Shown here piece by piece: positions 33,887-41,318 of a stretch of 41,318 nucleotides of DNA; within the stretch, counting starts at the first letter, position 1, and each line of letters opens with the position of its first letter. A program made the position numbers and the translations under genes. Under the pieces are notes generated by a model that did no database searches, was not told the DNA's origin, and saw nothing but the letters and a program-made list of their open reading frames with translations. Source of the stretch: Clostridium phage slur17; sequence record LN881738.1. One strand, written 5' to 3'.

Positions 33887-34168
33887 ATGAACGTTTATCT
33901 GCAAATTGGAAAAGAGTTATCTGAAAAAATGACTAAATCGGAGTTGAATAAGTTTTCGCAAGAAGTAACGAATTATCTACGATTCGCTGGACATGATAAT
34001 GATATGAAAATTAAACTATTTCAAACAATTATAGAAGCAATTGCTAGAAAAAGAGTAACATTGCCAGCTGACAATGAATTTACACAAGGAATAATGTTAA
34101 GTAACGAATTAGAGATGACAACGAATGTAGGATTTATAATCGAAGGATTAAGTTATCATAATAACTAA
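33887..34168 (+). CDS. Hypothetical protein (93 aa)
   Basis: ATG at 33887 lies 9 nt after AAGGGG; the track TTG at 33878 is less likely. No motif recognised. Confidence 0.55.
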   Translation: MNVYLQIGKELSEKMTKSELNKFSQEVTNYLRFAGHDNDMKIKLFQTIIEAIARKRVTLPADNEFTQGIMLSNELEMTTNVGFIIEGLSYHNN

Positions 34169-34173
34169 ACATT

Positions 34174-34208
34174 AAAAAACAGTGTATTTATTGAATACAC
34201 TGTTTTTA
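34174..34208. terminator. Bidirectional terminator
   Basis: acagtgtatt (34179-34188) pairs with aatacactgt (34194-34203), flanked by A5 and T5. Confidence 0.6.
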
Positions 34209-34364
34209 TTTCCGCATAGTTAATCTAAAATTGGATATTATATTATTTCTATATAAATTAAATTGACATTTAAATCCCTCATAGTTAATCTTAAAATTCT
34301 TATTACAATATTATTTCTAAATAAATTAAAAAATATTTTAAATCCCTCGTAGTTAATCTTAAAA
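34203..34364 (-). CRISPR. CRISPR-like mini-array: three 28-29-nt repeats and two spacers (37 and 39 nt), with no cas genes in the window
   Basis: Repeats at 34336-34364, 34268-34296 and a degenerate one at 34203-34230. The minus-strand repeat TTTTAAGATTAACTATGAGGGATTTAAAT resembles clostridial type I-B repeats. The degenerate repeat lies at the terminator-proximal end. Confidence 0.5.
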
Positions 34365-34400
34365 GCGATACTATATACATTAATAATAATACTCTTCTAC

Positions 34401-34871
34401 TTAATTTTCAATTACATTTTGCAATTCTTGTTTACAACTTTCAATGCCTTTTTGTAATTCTTCTAAAAAAACTGATGTGCTATCGTCTATATTTCTTTCA
34501 GCAATTTCTTCGAAATTTTCTTTATTGAATTTTTTATAACTATCCCAATCCAAATTTTCCCACTCATTTTCACACCAATTTTCAAATTCTTCATAATCGT
34601 TTACGTAACAAATTTCTCCAAGCATATCGTTTAAATGAGTTGGCGCTTGATTTAATGTGAAAATATTAATTTCTTTGTCATCACCTAAAAGTTTAGCCCA
34701 AGTTTGAACTGCTATCGCTTCAACTTTTCCTTGTATATCGATATAAATTTTTATATTATTAGTCTCTTTGATTAAACAACTTTCTTTAAAAGCTTTTATA
34801 GCTTCTTCCTCTATTTTATCTATATTCATATCTATAACTCTTAAAAATCTTCTAGCTTTTTGTTTATTCAT
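34401..34871 (-). CDS. Hypothetical strongly acidic protein (156 aa)
   Basis: The C-terminal half is rich in D/E and W (YVNDYEEFENWCENEWENLDWDSYKKF). It is the last gene of a three-gene operon, immediately upstream of the CRISPR-like repeats. Confidence 0.6.
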   Translation of the reverse strand: MNKQKARRFLRVIDMNIDKIEEEAIKAFKESCLIKETNNIKIYIDIQGKVEAIAVQTWAKLLGDDKEINIFTLNQAPTHLNDMLGEICYVNDYEEFENWCENEWENLDWDSYKKFNKENFEEIAERNIDDSTSVFLEELQKGIESCKQELQNVIEN

Positions 34872-34890
34872 TTTTTATATCCTCCATTTT

Positions 34891-35397
34891 TTAGTTGTTT
34901 TTATACATAACAGTTCTTTCGCTCTTTTCAATTTCTGTAAGATACTCTAAAAATTCTTTAATTTCTTGTTTGTTTATGCCTGTAAATTCGTGTCTAATTT
35001 CGCATTTTTCAACGCGTGTAGAATATTTCTCTTCTAATTTATAAAATCCAGGTCTTACACTAGCTATAAGGTCACTTTCTACATTTTTGCTGCATAAGCT
35101 ATTTACATATATTAAAATGTTTTCTATATTTTCTATGTCTACTTTGTCGCCTTTTGAATAATAAAAATTAAATCTCAATCTTATTCCTATGCTACTGTTA
35201 ATTTCACCATGCCCCCACGTTTCAATGTTTAAACTTTTTCCAACTGTTTCTTTAACGATTCCCACGTGACTGTTTGCACAATCTTTAAGACTTATATCAA
35301 ATATATCATTGTTGATTTTATTAATCTCTTTTTCTATCATTTCAACATTCTCTTTATTAACTTTTAAATTTAATATTGTACTAAAATCTATATTCAT
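34891..35397 (-). CDS. Hypothetical protein (168 aa)
   Basis: Clean ORF and the middle gene of the operon. Confidence 0.6.
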   Translation of the reverse strand: MNIDFSTILNLKVNKENVEMIEKEINKINNDIFDISLKDCANSHVGIVKETVGKSLNIETWGHGEINSSIGIRLRFNFYYSKGDKVDIENIENILIYVNSLCSKNVESDLIASVRPGFYKLEEKYSTRVEKCEIRHEFTGINKQEIKEFLEYLTEIEKSERTVMYKNN

Positions 35398-35475
35398 ACT
35401 TCAATCCTCCATTTATTTTATATATTAAAATTATAGCATTCGACGGTGAACTATATTTGTACCAATCCAAAATTT

Positions 35476-36306
35476 TTAACACTCTACACCATCTCTAAAT
35501 ATTTGGTATGCAATTTCTATTTTTCTTTCAGCACTTTCTATTTTTCTATAGTTTTCAATCTGCTTCTTTTTAATGTCTGCAAATCCATTTTTATAAAATT
35601 GTGCATTTTTTTGTATTAATGTTTCTATTATGTATTTTTTAGCTTTCTCTATATATTCTGTGCTAGTAGCTTGTTTTACTGCGTCGTCAAATATTTCAAC
35701 TATTTCAAGTACATTTTCTTTTATTTCATTAGACCAATTATCATTAAAATTTATTTCTTTAGCTATTTTTTTAGCTTCTTCATAGCTTATACTACCTTCA
35801 ACTTTTCTAAGTTTATGAGACGCTTGAGTTTCTCCTTTTAAAAATTTTAAATTTCCAATTTCTTCTGTAAATTGAGACTCTCGAAAAATCTGGTTTATTT
35901 GAAACGCTTTTTGATTTAAAGAATTATATTTTAAAACATTTCTAAAATTATCTATAAAGAACTTAGCATCCTCTATGTTGCTTATTGCTTCTCTTATTCT
36001 TTCAAATTTTCTTTTACATCTTTCTGTCATTTCTTCTATACTCATATCTTTGATTTTGTAGTCTTCATTTTTTATTCTTTCTATTTTACTTTTTTCTAGT
36101 TCGTTAGTTAAATTTAAAATGTCTGTTCTTATATCATTAGCCCAAATAATTTGTTTTTCTGACCCTTTTAATTCTTTCATTTTTATATCCCCCTTTTTAT
36201 TTAAGAAGGATAAGCAAAGACTAAATTGTACTTTATAATCTACATCATTATATTTTTCTTTAATTTCTCTTGCTATTTTATGTGCTTCTTTAAATAAAGT
36301 TTTCAT
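35476..36306 (-). CDS. Hypothetical protein (276 aa)
   Basis: The first gene after the strong promoter. MKTLFKEAHKIAREIKEKYNDVDYKVQFSLCLSFL and GSEKQIIWANDIR look like conserved mobile-element motifs of unknown function. Confidence 0.6.
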   Translation of the reverse strand: MKTLFKEAHKIAREIKEKYNDVDYKVQFSLCLSFLNKKGDIKMKELKGSEKQIIWANDIRTDILNLTNELEKSKIERIKNEDYKIKDMSIEEMTERCKRKFERIREAISNIEDAKFFIDNFRNVLKYNSLNQKAFQINQIFRESQFTEEIGNLKFLKGETQASHKLRKVEGSISYEEAKKIAKEINFNDNWSNEIKENVLEIVEIFDDAVKQATSTEYIEKAKKYIIETLIQKNAQFYKNGFADIKKKQIENYRKIESAERKIEIAYQIFRDGVEC

Positions 36307-36341
36307 TCTTTGCTTACCCCCTTGTTTTATTTGTTAATTAT

Positions 36342-36370
36342 ATTATAATCTATATGAATATCTAAGTCAA
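36342..36370 (-). promoter_or_regulatory. Consensus promoter TTGACT-17-TATAAT for the three-gene operon
   Basis: The -35 is the reverse complement of 36365-36370 and the -10 is the reverse complement of 36342-36347. Confidence 0.6.
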
Positions 36371-36484
36371 CACTTTTTCAAAGTTTTTTCTTTGATTTCC
36401 AAAAATATAACTTTGATTAACATAGATTATTCTTTTACTTTTAATTTTTTTATGTTATTATATAAATAAGAGAGGTGTGAAAAA

Positions 36485-36697
36485 ATGACATGGAAAAATG
36501 AAATCAAAAGTATTCTTGTGAAAGAAAATATCAGCATGAATGAGTTAAATAATTTAATGAATGAATATAATAATAAGAATAATACAGTAGAGAATTTAAG
36601 ACAAAAAATAAATAATGAGACTATGAAGTATAGTGAAATCTTGACTATTGCTAATCTGATAGGATACGAAGTTGTTTGGAAGAAGAAAGAAAAGTAG
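36485..36697 (+). CDS. Small HTH-type regulator (XRE-like), divergent from the three-gene operon
   Basis: SD AGAGAGGTG. LVKENISMNELNNLM...KYSEILTIANLIGYEVVW is a pattern typical of small phage HTH proteins. Confidence 0.55.
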   Translation: MTWKNEIKSILVKENISMNELNNLMNEYNNKNNTVENLRQKINNETMKYSEILTIANLIGYEVVWKKKEK

Positions 36698-36745
36698 ACA
36701 TAAAAAAAAGAAGGTAACAACTAACTCTAGTTGCTACCTTCTAAT

Positions 36746-37552
36746 CTATCTATCAATAAAATCTAGTGCCTTGTAAAGTGTATCAAACCTATCATTACCC
36801 TTTATCATAGTAAATTTTTCTTTAGTCATAGAACCAATCTTTTCACATGCTCCACCCCCAACAACATAAAGATTTTGTGTCTGACCTGGTACATAATCTT
36901 TTATATCACATATTAATATTTTACCATCATTATAGCCCCAGCCAACTACAGTTGCGGGGATTTTGTCAACTTCTCCATCATAAACGATTGTATGTTTATA
37001 CATTTTCTTATCCTCACTATTTTCTTTATTATCTATTGTCTTATTTAAAATACCTTCTGCTATTAACTTAGCGACTATGTCTTTATGTCTAATATAATAG
37101 TCTGTATCTGCTTTACTATCTACGAAACACACTTCTATTAATATCGCTGGAGCTTTTGTATGACTAAGCCAGTAAAGACCTCTTGCGTCCGATTTTGCGC
37201 CTCTATTTTTAAATATTGTTGCTAGTTTCTCGTTGACTCTTTCGGCATATACCTTACCATTATTAGTTTTATATATCGTCTCTGTACCCATGACATTTAA
37301 TGTCGTATGGTCAGCGTTAAAATGTATTTGTACAGCTACATCTACATTTTGCTTATTGGCTATTTGACATTGCTCTGCTAAGTAGTTATTAGACTTATCT
37401 ACCTTACCACTATACACAGTAGCCCCACCCTTTTTAAGCCATTTAACAACCAAATCCATCAATATCCTATTTTCTGTTCCTTCATTTATATACCCTGTTG
37501 CTCCTGTTCCTTTTCCTGTTAGCGTATGCCCTGCTGTTAGTGCTACTCTCAT
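36746..37552 (-). CDS. Endolysin: N-acetylmuramoyl-L-alanine amidase (Amidase_3) with a CD27L-type C-terminal domain
   Basis: N-terminus MRVALTAGHT...QIHFNA. The C-terminus MYKHTIVYDGEVDKIPATVVGWGYNDGKILICDIKDYVPGQTQNLYVVGGGACEK...NDRFDTLYKALDFIDR is near-identical to my recollection of the C. difficile phage endolysin CD27L. Confidence 0.9.
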   Translation of the reverse strand: MRVALTAGHTLTGKGTGATGYINEGTENRILMDLVVKWLKKGGATVYSGKVDKSNNYLAEQCQIANKQNVDVAVQIHFNADHTTLNVMGTETIYKTNNGKVYAERVNEKLATIFKNRGAKSDARGLYWLSHTKAPAILIEVCFVDSKADTDYYIRHKDIVAKLIAEGILNKTIDNKENSEDKKMYKHTIVYDGEVDKIPATVVGWGYNDGKILICDIKDYVPGQTQNLYVVGGGACEKIGSMTKEKFTMIKGNDRFDTLYKALDFIDR

Positions 37553-37816
37553 TTAAAGACCTTCTTTCTGTAACATGTCTTTTATGTCTGTTACATCTTC
37601 TTTGATTTCTTCTACGTCCGTTTTCATTGCTCCCATTTCAACAAGTATATTCTTATTTATCTCTTGTTGCTGTGTAGATAGTTCTATGAAATTTTCTACT
37701 GTTTTTTTATACATATCTCTATCTTCTTTTTTCTCCTGCATAGTGTTTTTGAACAGCAAAGCGCATAATATCCCTACTGCTCCTAGTCCACTTAGTTGTG
37801 TTATTAATTCTTCCAT
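37553..37816 (-). CDS. BhlA/UviB-family holin-like protein
   Basis: One N-terminal TM segment (LGAVGILCALLF) followed by a charged coiled coil. Lies directly upstream of the endolysin and abuts it. Confidence 0.75.
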   Translation of the reverse strand: MEELITQLSGLGAVGILCALLFKNTMQEKKEDRDMYKKTVENFIELSTQQQEINKNILVEMGAMKTDVEEIKEDVTDIKDMLQKEGL

Positions 37817-37901
37817 AACTTTCCTCCTAATTTTGATTATTTATTTTTTATATAAAAAAAGATTAGACTATTAATCTAATCTTTTAGATGACTTATAAAC
37901 A

Positions 37902-39752
37902 TTAAATTGCTTGATACATTGCGTAAGTAAAATAACCGTCTCCGCTTTGGTCATATCTAGCCCCGCCTAATGTTATAAACTTTTTGGTTTCATCTTTATA
38001 GCCATTTCCTCTGCCTGCTTCTATACTTGTATTGTAGCCATGATACACAATTCCATAATAACTATTACCTTTATATCCATAACAATAAGTTATGCCTACA
38101 TAAGTACTATTAATAGTTTGCGGTGGGTTATCATCAGCATCCGCAAAGCCTGTGATAGTTCTAAAATAAGCAGTACTTCCTTGTATTGTGTTCTGTATAT
38201 TATTTTTGTAAGTTTGTAAAGTTGAATTTTTGCTAATTAATATGCTTTTAGCTGTATTACTTTTAACCATTCTGTTAAGTGCAAGTCCTGTAAGTGTTAT
38301 TTTGGTCATAGCCGTTGAGCTATTTGCAATTATGCCCATTGCTGTTGTATTATTTACAAAAACACTTATAGACGTATCGTTATTTGCAACTGTCGACATA
38401 GCTTGTGCGTTATTTGCAATTATGCCCATTGCTGTTGTATTATTTGCAATAGTAACGTTATTTTCTGAAATAGTGAGCATAGCATTGAAAGCAGTAGAGT
38501 TATTTGCTATCTTAGTAAAAGCAGTAGTTTTATTTACTAAAATATTTATAGCTGTTGTACTTTTCATAAAAGCATTTAATGACACTGTTTTACTGAAAAT
38601 ACTTTCTATAATTCCCACTCGGTCACCAACTTTATTTACTATAATAGAATTATTTGCAAAAGTTGCCATTGCGATTGAACTTTCTAAAATTGCATCCGAA
38701 ATTTTTATTTTTTCCTCAATATCTCGTTGTGATATATTACGTGTGGTTTCCATACCATCATAATTTTTTACTGCATTTTTTAAAATCGGGAATATTTCTT
38801 CATTATAAGTTATTGCCATAATTTGACCTTTACCAGAAGCAATATTTGATTTTATTGTATTTATATAATTTAAAGAAGTTTGTAAATTATACTTCATTTC
38901 TAATAAATTAGGGATTATTTTTTCAACAGTAACATTATTAGTTAATATTTTATTTATGCTATTTTGGTTTTGCACTAATACTTTTGTAGCTTCTAAGTCA
39001 TTAAATATTTCCATTACGGAGTTTTCGTTACTTGAAATTTGTGTCATAGCTTCATCACTATTTATAATCGCATCCCTAATCACATTATTTTTTAAAATTG
39101 CTCTAATGACTGGTGACTCTGTTGTAACTCTTAAAATATATTGACCTAATAAATCCATAGCATTTGAACTTGCTACAACTGCGTCCATGCTTGATTTACA
39201 CATAGTTAAAGCTACTATTGCATTACTATTATTAAGTATTGCATTAGTAGCTTCCACATTTGCTAATATTTCTTCTATAGTTGTAAGATTTTCTAAATCA
39301 GTATTATCTAAGCTAAAAGTAGAATTAAACCATGCTCCTATAGTTGACTTTTCTTGTTCTCTTGTAACATATCTATCATACCCTGCTTTAAATTTTTCCT
39401 CTAATGAATTATAATGCTCTATAGTCATTTCTTTTACTACATTATCAGCATTTCCTAAGCTAAATATATCTGTTCTATAAAAGGCATTTAATTGTTCCCC
39501 TAGCTTAGTGCTTTTATTAAATAAATTATCAATATCAGTTTCTGAAAAAGCTGTGTAAACTGTTTCTCTTATTCCTCTATCAGAAAATAAATATAAACTA
39601 TTTAAATATAATTCTTCCCATATCCTAGCATTTCCAATAAACAGCACATAACTATCTAATCCATTTAGTTTTATGTCTTGCAAATAACTTAAAAAATTTA
39701 GTGGCTCGCCTTGCAAGTCACTATTCACTTTGTATGTCTCCGCCCAACTCAT
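37902..39752 (-). CDS. Tail fibre-associated / receptor-binding candidate (616 aa) with degenerate NxTA(M)..IAN repeats
   Basis: Start overlaps the fibre stop codon by 1 nt (39752). Repeats include TTAMGIIANNAQAMSTVANNDTSISVFVNNTTAMGIIANSSTAMTKI. A 33-bp DNA segment is duplicated at about 38326 and about 38415. Confidence 0.65.
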   Translation of the reverse strand: MSWAETYKVNSDLQGEPLNFLSYLQDIKLNGLDSYVLFIGNARIWEELYLNSLYLFSDRGIRETVYTAFSETDIDNLFNKSTKLGEQLNAFYRTDIFSLGNADNVVKEMTIEHYNSLEEKFKAGYDRYVTREQEKSTIGAWFNSTFSLDNTDLENLTTIEEILANVEATNAILNNSNAIVALTMCKSSMDAVVASSNAMDLLGQYILRVTTESPVIRAILKNNVIRDAIINSDEAMTQISSNENSVMEIFNDLEATKVLVQNQNSINKILTNNVTVEKIIPNLLEMKYNLQTSLNYINTIKSNIASGKGQIMAITYNEEIFPILKNAVKNYDGMETTRNISQRDIEEKIKISDAILESSIAMATFANNSIIVNKVGDRVGIIESIFSKTVSLNAFMKSTTAINILVNKTTAFTKIANNSTAFNAMLTISENNVTIANNTTAMGIIANNAQAMSTVANNDTSISVFVNNTTAMGIIANSSTAMTKITLTGLALNRMVKSNTAKSILISKNSTLQTYKNNIQNTIQGSTAYFRTITGFADADDNPPQTINSTYVGITYCYGYKGNSYYGIVYHGYNTSIEAGRGNGYKDETKKFITLGGARYDQSGDGYFTYAMYQAI

Positions 39753-41318
39753 TAACTCACCTCTTCTTTTATTTCTTCTATTTGATTACCTTTAAAAGTC
39801 GTTTTTACTTTACTTACTAATACATTATCTATATATTTTTCGTCTACTATAGTCCCATCTGCATTAAATTTAGTTATAGTTTTACTAACCGAGTCTAAAA
39901 TATCTGTTATAGAGCCGTCTGAATTAAAAGTCGTGCTTTTTTTAATGTAATCTAACTCTTTCGGTTTTTCTAATAACTCATTCCATGTAACTTTTCCTTT
40001 TGACGCTTTCCCCGTGTCTTCTCCATTTATAAACCAATTACCGTTTTCGCCGATTGCTGGAGTATAACCTTGTTCCCCTCTAAGCTCTGTATATATATAT
40101 TCCGTTTGTCCTTCTTCTCTAATACCTAGCTGACTTCCATTCCAATTAAATTCTAATTTATTTCCTGTCGCTCCTTTTAGATTTGTATAGCTATAGTCCT
40201 CTTGACCTTCTATTCTAACGCCTAGCTCCGTACCATCCCAACTAAATTCAATGCTATCGCCTTTTTGACCTTTCAAATCTGTATAAGTATAATTCTCCTG
40301 TCCTTCTATCCTTACACCTAGTCGTGTGCCATCCCATGCAAATTCGATATTGTCACCTTTGAGGTCTATATACTTATAATCTAATTCGTATTGTTGCCTA
40401 ACGCCTAACTGTGTGCCATCCCAATTAAATTCTAGGTTCTTGCCGTCCACGCCCGCTAGAGAACCTAAGTCTTCCCATTTAGTTTGATATATATAAATAT
40501 TTCTCCCTATAATCCAGCAATCTCCGATAGTAGGGTCTAATGGTAAGTTATCTATAGAATCTAATTTTCCTAAAATCCTCAAAGATGCCCCTCTAGCTGG
40601 TTTTTGGGTATCTATATTATTAATCCACCAGTTTCCATTTTCTCCTATTGTTGGAGTATAACCCTGCTCCCCTTTCAATTCTGTATAACTATAATTTTCT
40701 TGACCTTCTATCTTTATACCTAATCGTGTGCCATTCCAATTAAATTCAATACTATCACCTTTATCGCCTTTTTGACCTTTTAAATCTGTATAAGTATAAT
40801 TCTCCTGTCCTTCTATCCTTATACCTAGTCGCGTGCCATCCCAATTAAATTCTAAGCCATCTCCATTTTCACCCTTTATTTTTATGTCAGGAACTTTGAC
40901 CCAATTAGTGTTGTCCCAAACATATAAATCAATTTGGTTTTCTATTGTTGCGCTTTTTACAAAGTAAGCATCACTTAAAGTTGGATTGACTGGAAGTGCT
41001 GATATATTATCTAAACTTCCTTTTATTTCTATTCCTACCCCTTTTAACTCTTCTTTTGTGGGGATTGCATTAATAGCGTCTGTAACTTCTGTCTGCATAG
41101 TTTCTTTAGCTGTAGTTACTTCGCTAATCATAGTATTTTTAGCTGTTGTAACTTCCGCTTTAACTGTGTTAACTTCGTCTATTAATGTTGTTTTAGTAGT
41201 ATTAACATCACTAATCATGCTGTTTTTAGCGTCTGTAACTTCTGTAACTTTAGAGTCGAAAGTTTCTTTTATACTATTAAATTCTTCGACCCTTTTACCT
41301 TCTGCGATTTCTAATTCT
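39752..41318 (-). CDS. Tail fibre, 3' part (frame open to the right edge; the track start at 41218 is an internal Met)
   Basis: Upstream of the track Met the frame reads ELEIAEGKRVEEFNSIKETFDSKVTEVTDAKNS. About 7 modules of (L/I)EFNW(D/N)GTxLGxRxEGQxxYxYTxLKG, plus two GYTPxIGENGNW(W/F)IN motifs typical of Gram-positive phage fibres. Confidence 0.75.
   Translation of the reverse strand, partial: ELEIAEGKRVEEFNSIKETFDSKVTEVTDAKNSMISDVNTTKTTLIDEVNTVKAEVTTAKNTMISEVTTAKETMQTEVTDAINAIPTKEELKGVGIEIKGSLDNISALPVNPTLSDAYFVKSATIENQIDLYVWDNTNWVKVPDIKIKGENGDGLEFNWDGTRLGIRIEGQENYTYTDLKGQKGDKGDSIEFNWNGTRLGIKIEGQENYSYTELKGEQGYTPTIGENGNWWINNIDTQKPARGASLRILGKLDSIDNLPLDPTIGDCWIIGRNIYIYQTKWEDLGSLAGVDGKNLEFNWDGTQLGVRQQYELDYKYIDLKGDNIEFAWDGTRLGVRIEGQENYTYTDLKGQKGDSIEFSWDGTELGVRIEGQEDYSYTNLKGATGNKLEFNWNGSQLGIREEGQTEYIYTELRGEQGYTPAIGENGNWFINGEDTGKASKGKVTWNELLEKPKELDYIKKSTTFNSDGSITDILDSVSKTITKFNADGTIVDEKYIDNVLVSKVKTTFKGNQIEEIKEEVS
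41192..41290. repeat. 99-bp perfect direct repeat, copy 2 (partner at 29-127)
   Basis: Identical to 29-127. Exactly 28 nt separate each copy from its window edge. Confidence 0.9.

Noticed and set aside
36427-36720. 97-aa minus-strand ORF
   Set aside because: It is antisense to the SD-preceded HTH gene (36485-36697). Its translation is poly-Phe, Leu and Ser.
37575-39414. Plus-strand ORFs across the holin and 616-aa fibre-associated genes (37575-37874, 38230-38763, 38956-39144, 39187-39414)
   Set aside because: They are antisense to coherent lysis and fibre genes. Their repetitive hydrophobic translations mirror the minus-strand repeats.
1-41318. tRNA, rRNA or tmRNA genes
   Set aside because: Scanning by eye found no GC-enriched ~75-nt cloverleaf-like segment or rRNA-like block. 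This is a manual impression only; tRNAscan-SE or ARAGORN should confirm it.

Overview
AT-rich (roughly 28-30% GC by eye) window that reads as an almost complete siphovirus-type temperate phage genome of a Clostridium-like Firmicute. It is most likely a Clostridioides difficile phage-plasmid. The endolysin C-terminal half is, from memory, nearly identical to the C. difficile phage endolysin CD27L. There is also a BhlA/UviB-type holin, a C. difficile-style type I toxin, and a repeat resembling the type I-B CRISPR repeat.

Gene order on the minus strand:
- Packaging and head, 20.4 kb down to 13.4 kb: terS, terL, portal, SPP1-gp7-like head protein, scaffold, major capsid.
- Tail, 13.4 kb down to base 1: connectors, major tail, chaperones, a 1767-aa tape measure, Dit, Tal, then a BppU-like fibre that runs off the left edge.
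- The right edge (41318 down to 36746) carries the rest of a fibre gene, a 616-aa fibre-associated protein, the holin and the endolysin. The window therefore looks like a circular permutation broken inside a repetitive fibre gene; a 99-bp perfect direct repeat sits 28 bp in from each edge.
- Early genes, 26.7 down to 22.3 kb, sit opposite a cI-like repressor and include an SSB whose DDDIPF tail is out of frame.

The accessory region (27.3-36.7 kb) holds the interesting material:
- A 3-repeat CRISPR-like mini-array with no cas genes.
- A type I toxin/antisense-RNA module plus a second sRNA copy.
- A ParA/RHH partition cassette flanked by ATATTG/CAATAT palindrome clusters.
- An orphan SF2 helicase operon with a candidate counter-transcript in its leader.
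- Two structure-conserved but sequence-divergent (TA)n palindromes at cassette boundaries.
- A strongly promoted three-gene operon of unknown proteins.

No large integrase is present, only a small tyrosine recombinase and a small serine recombinase. All homology statements come from motif recognition and memory; no searches were run.
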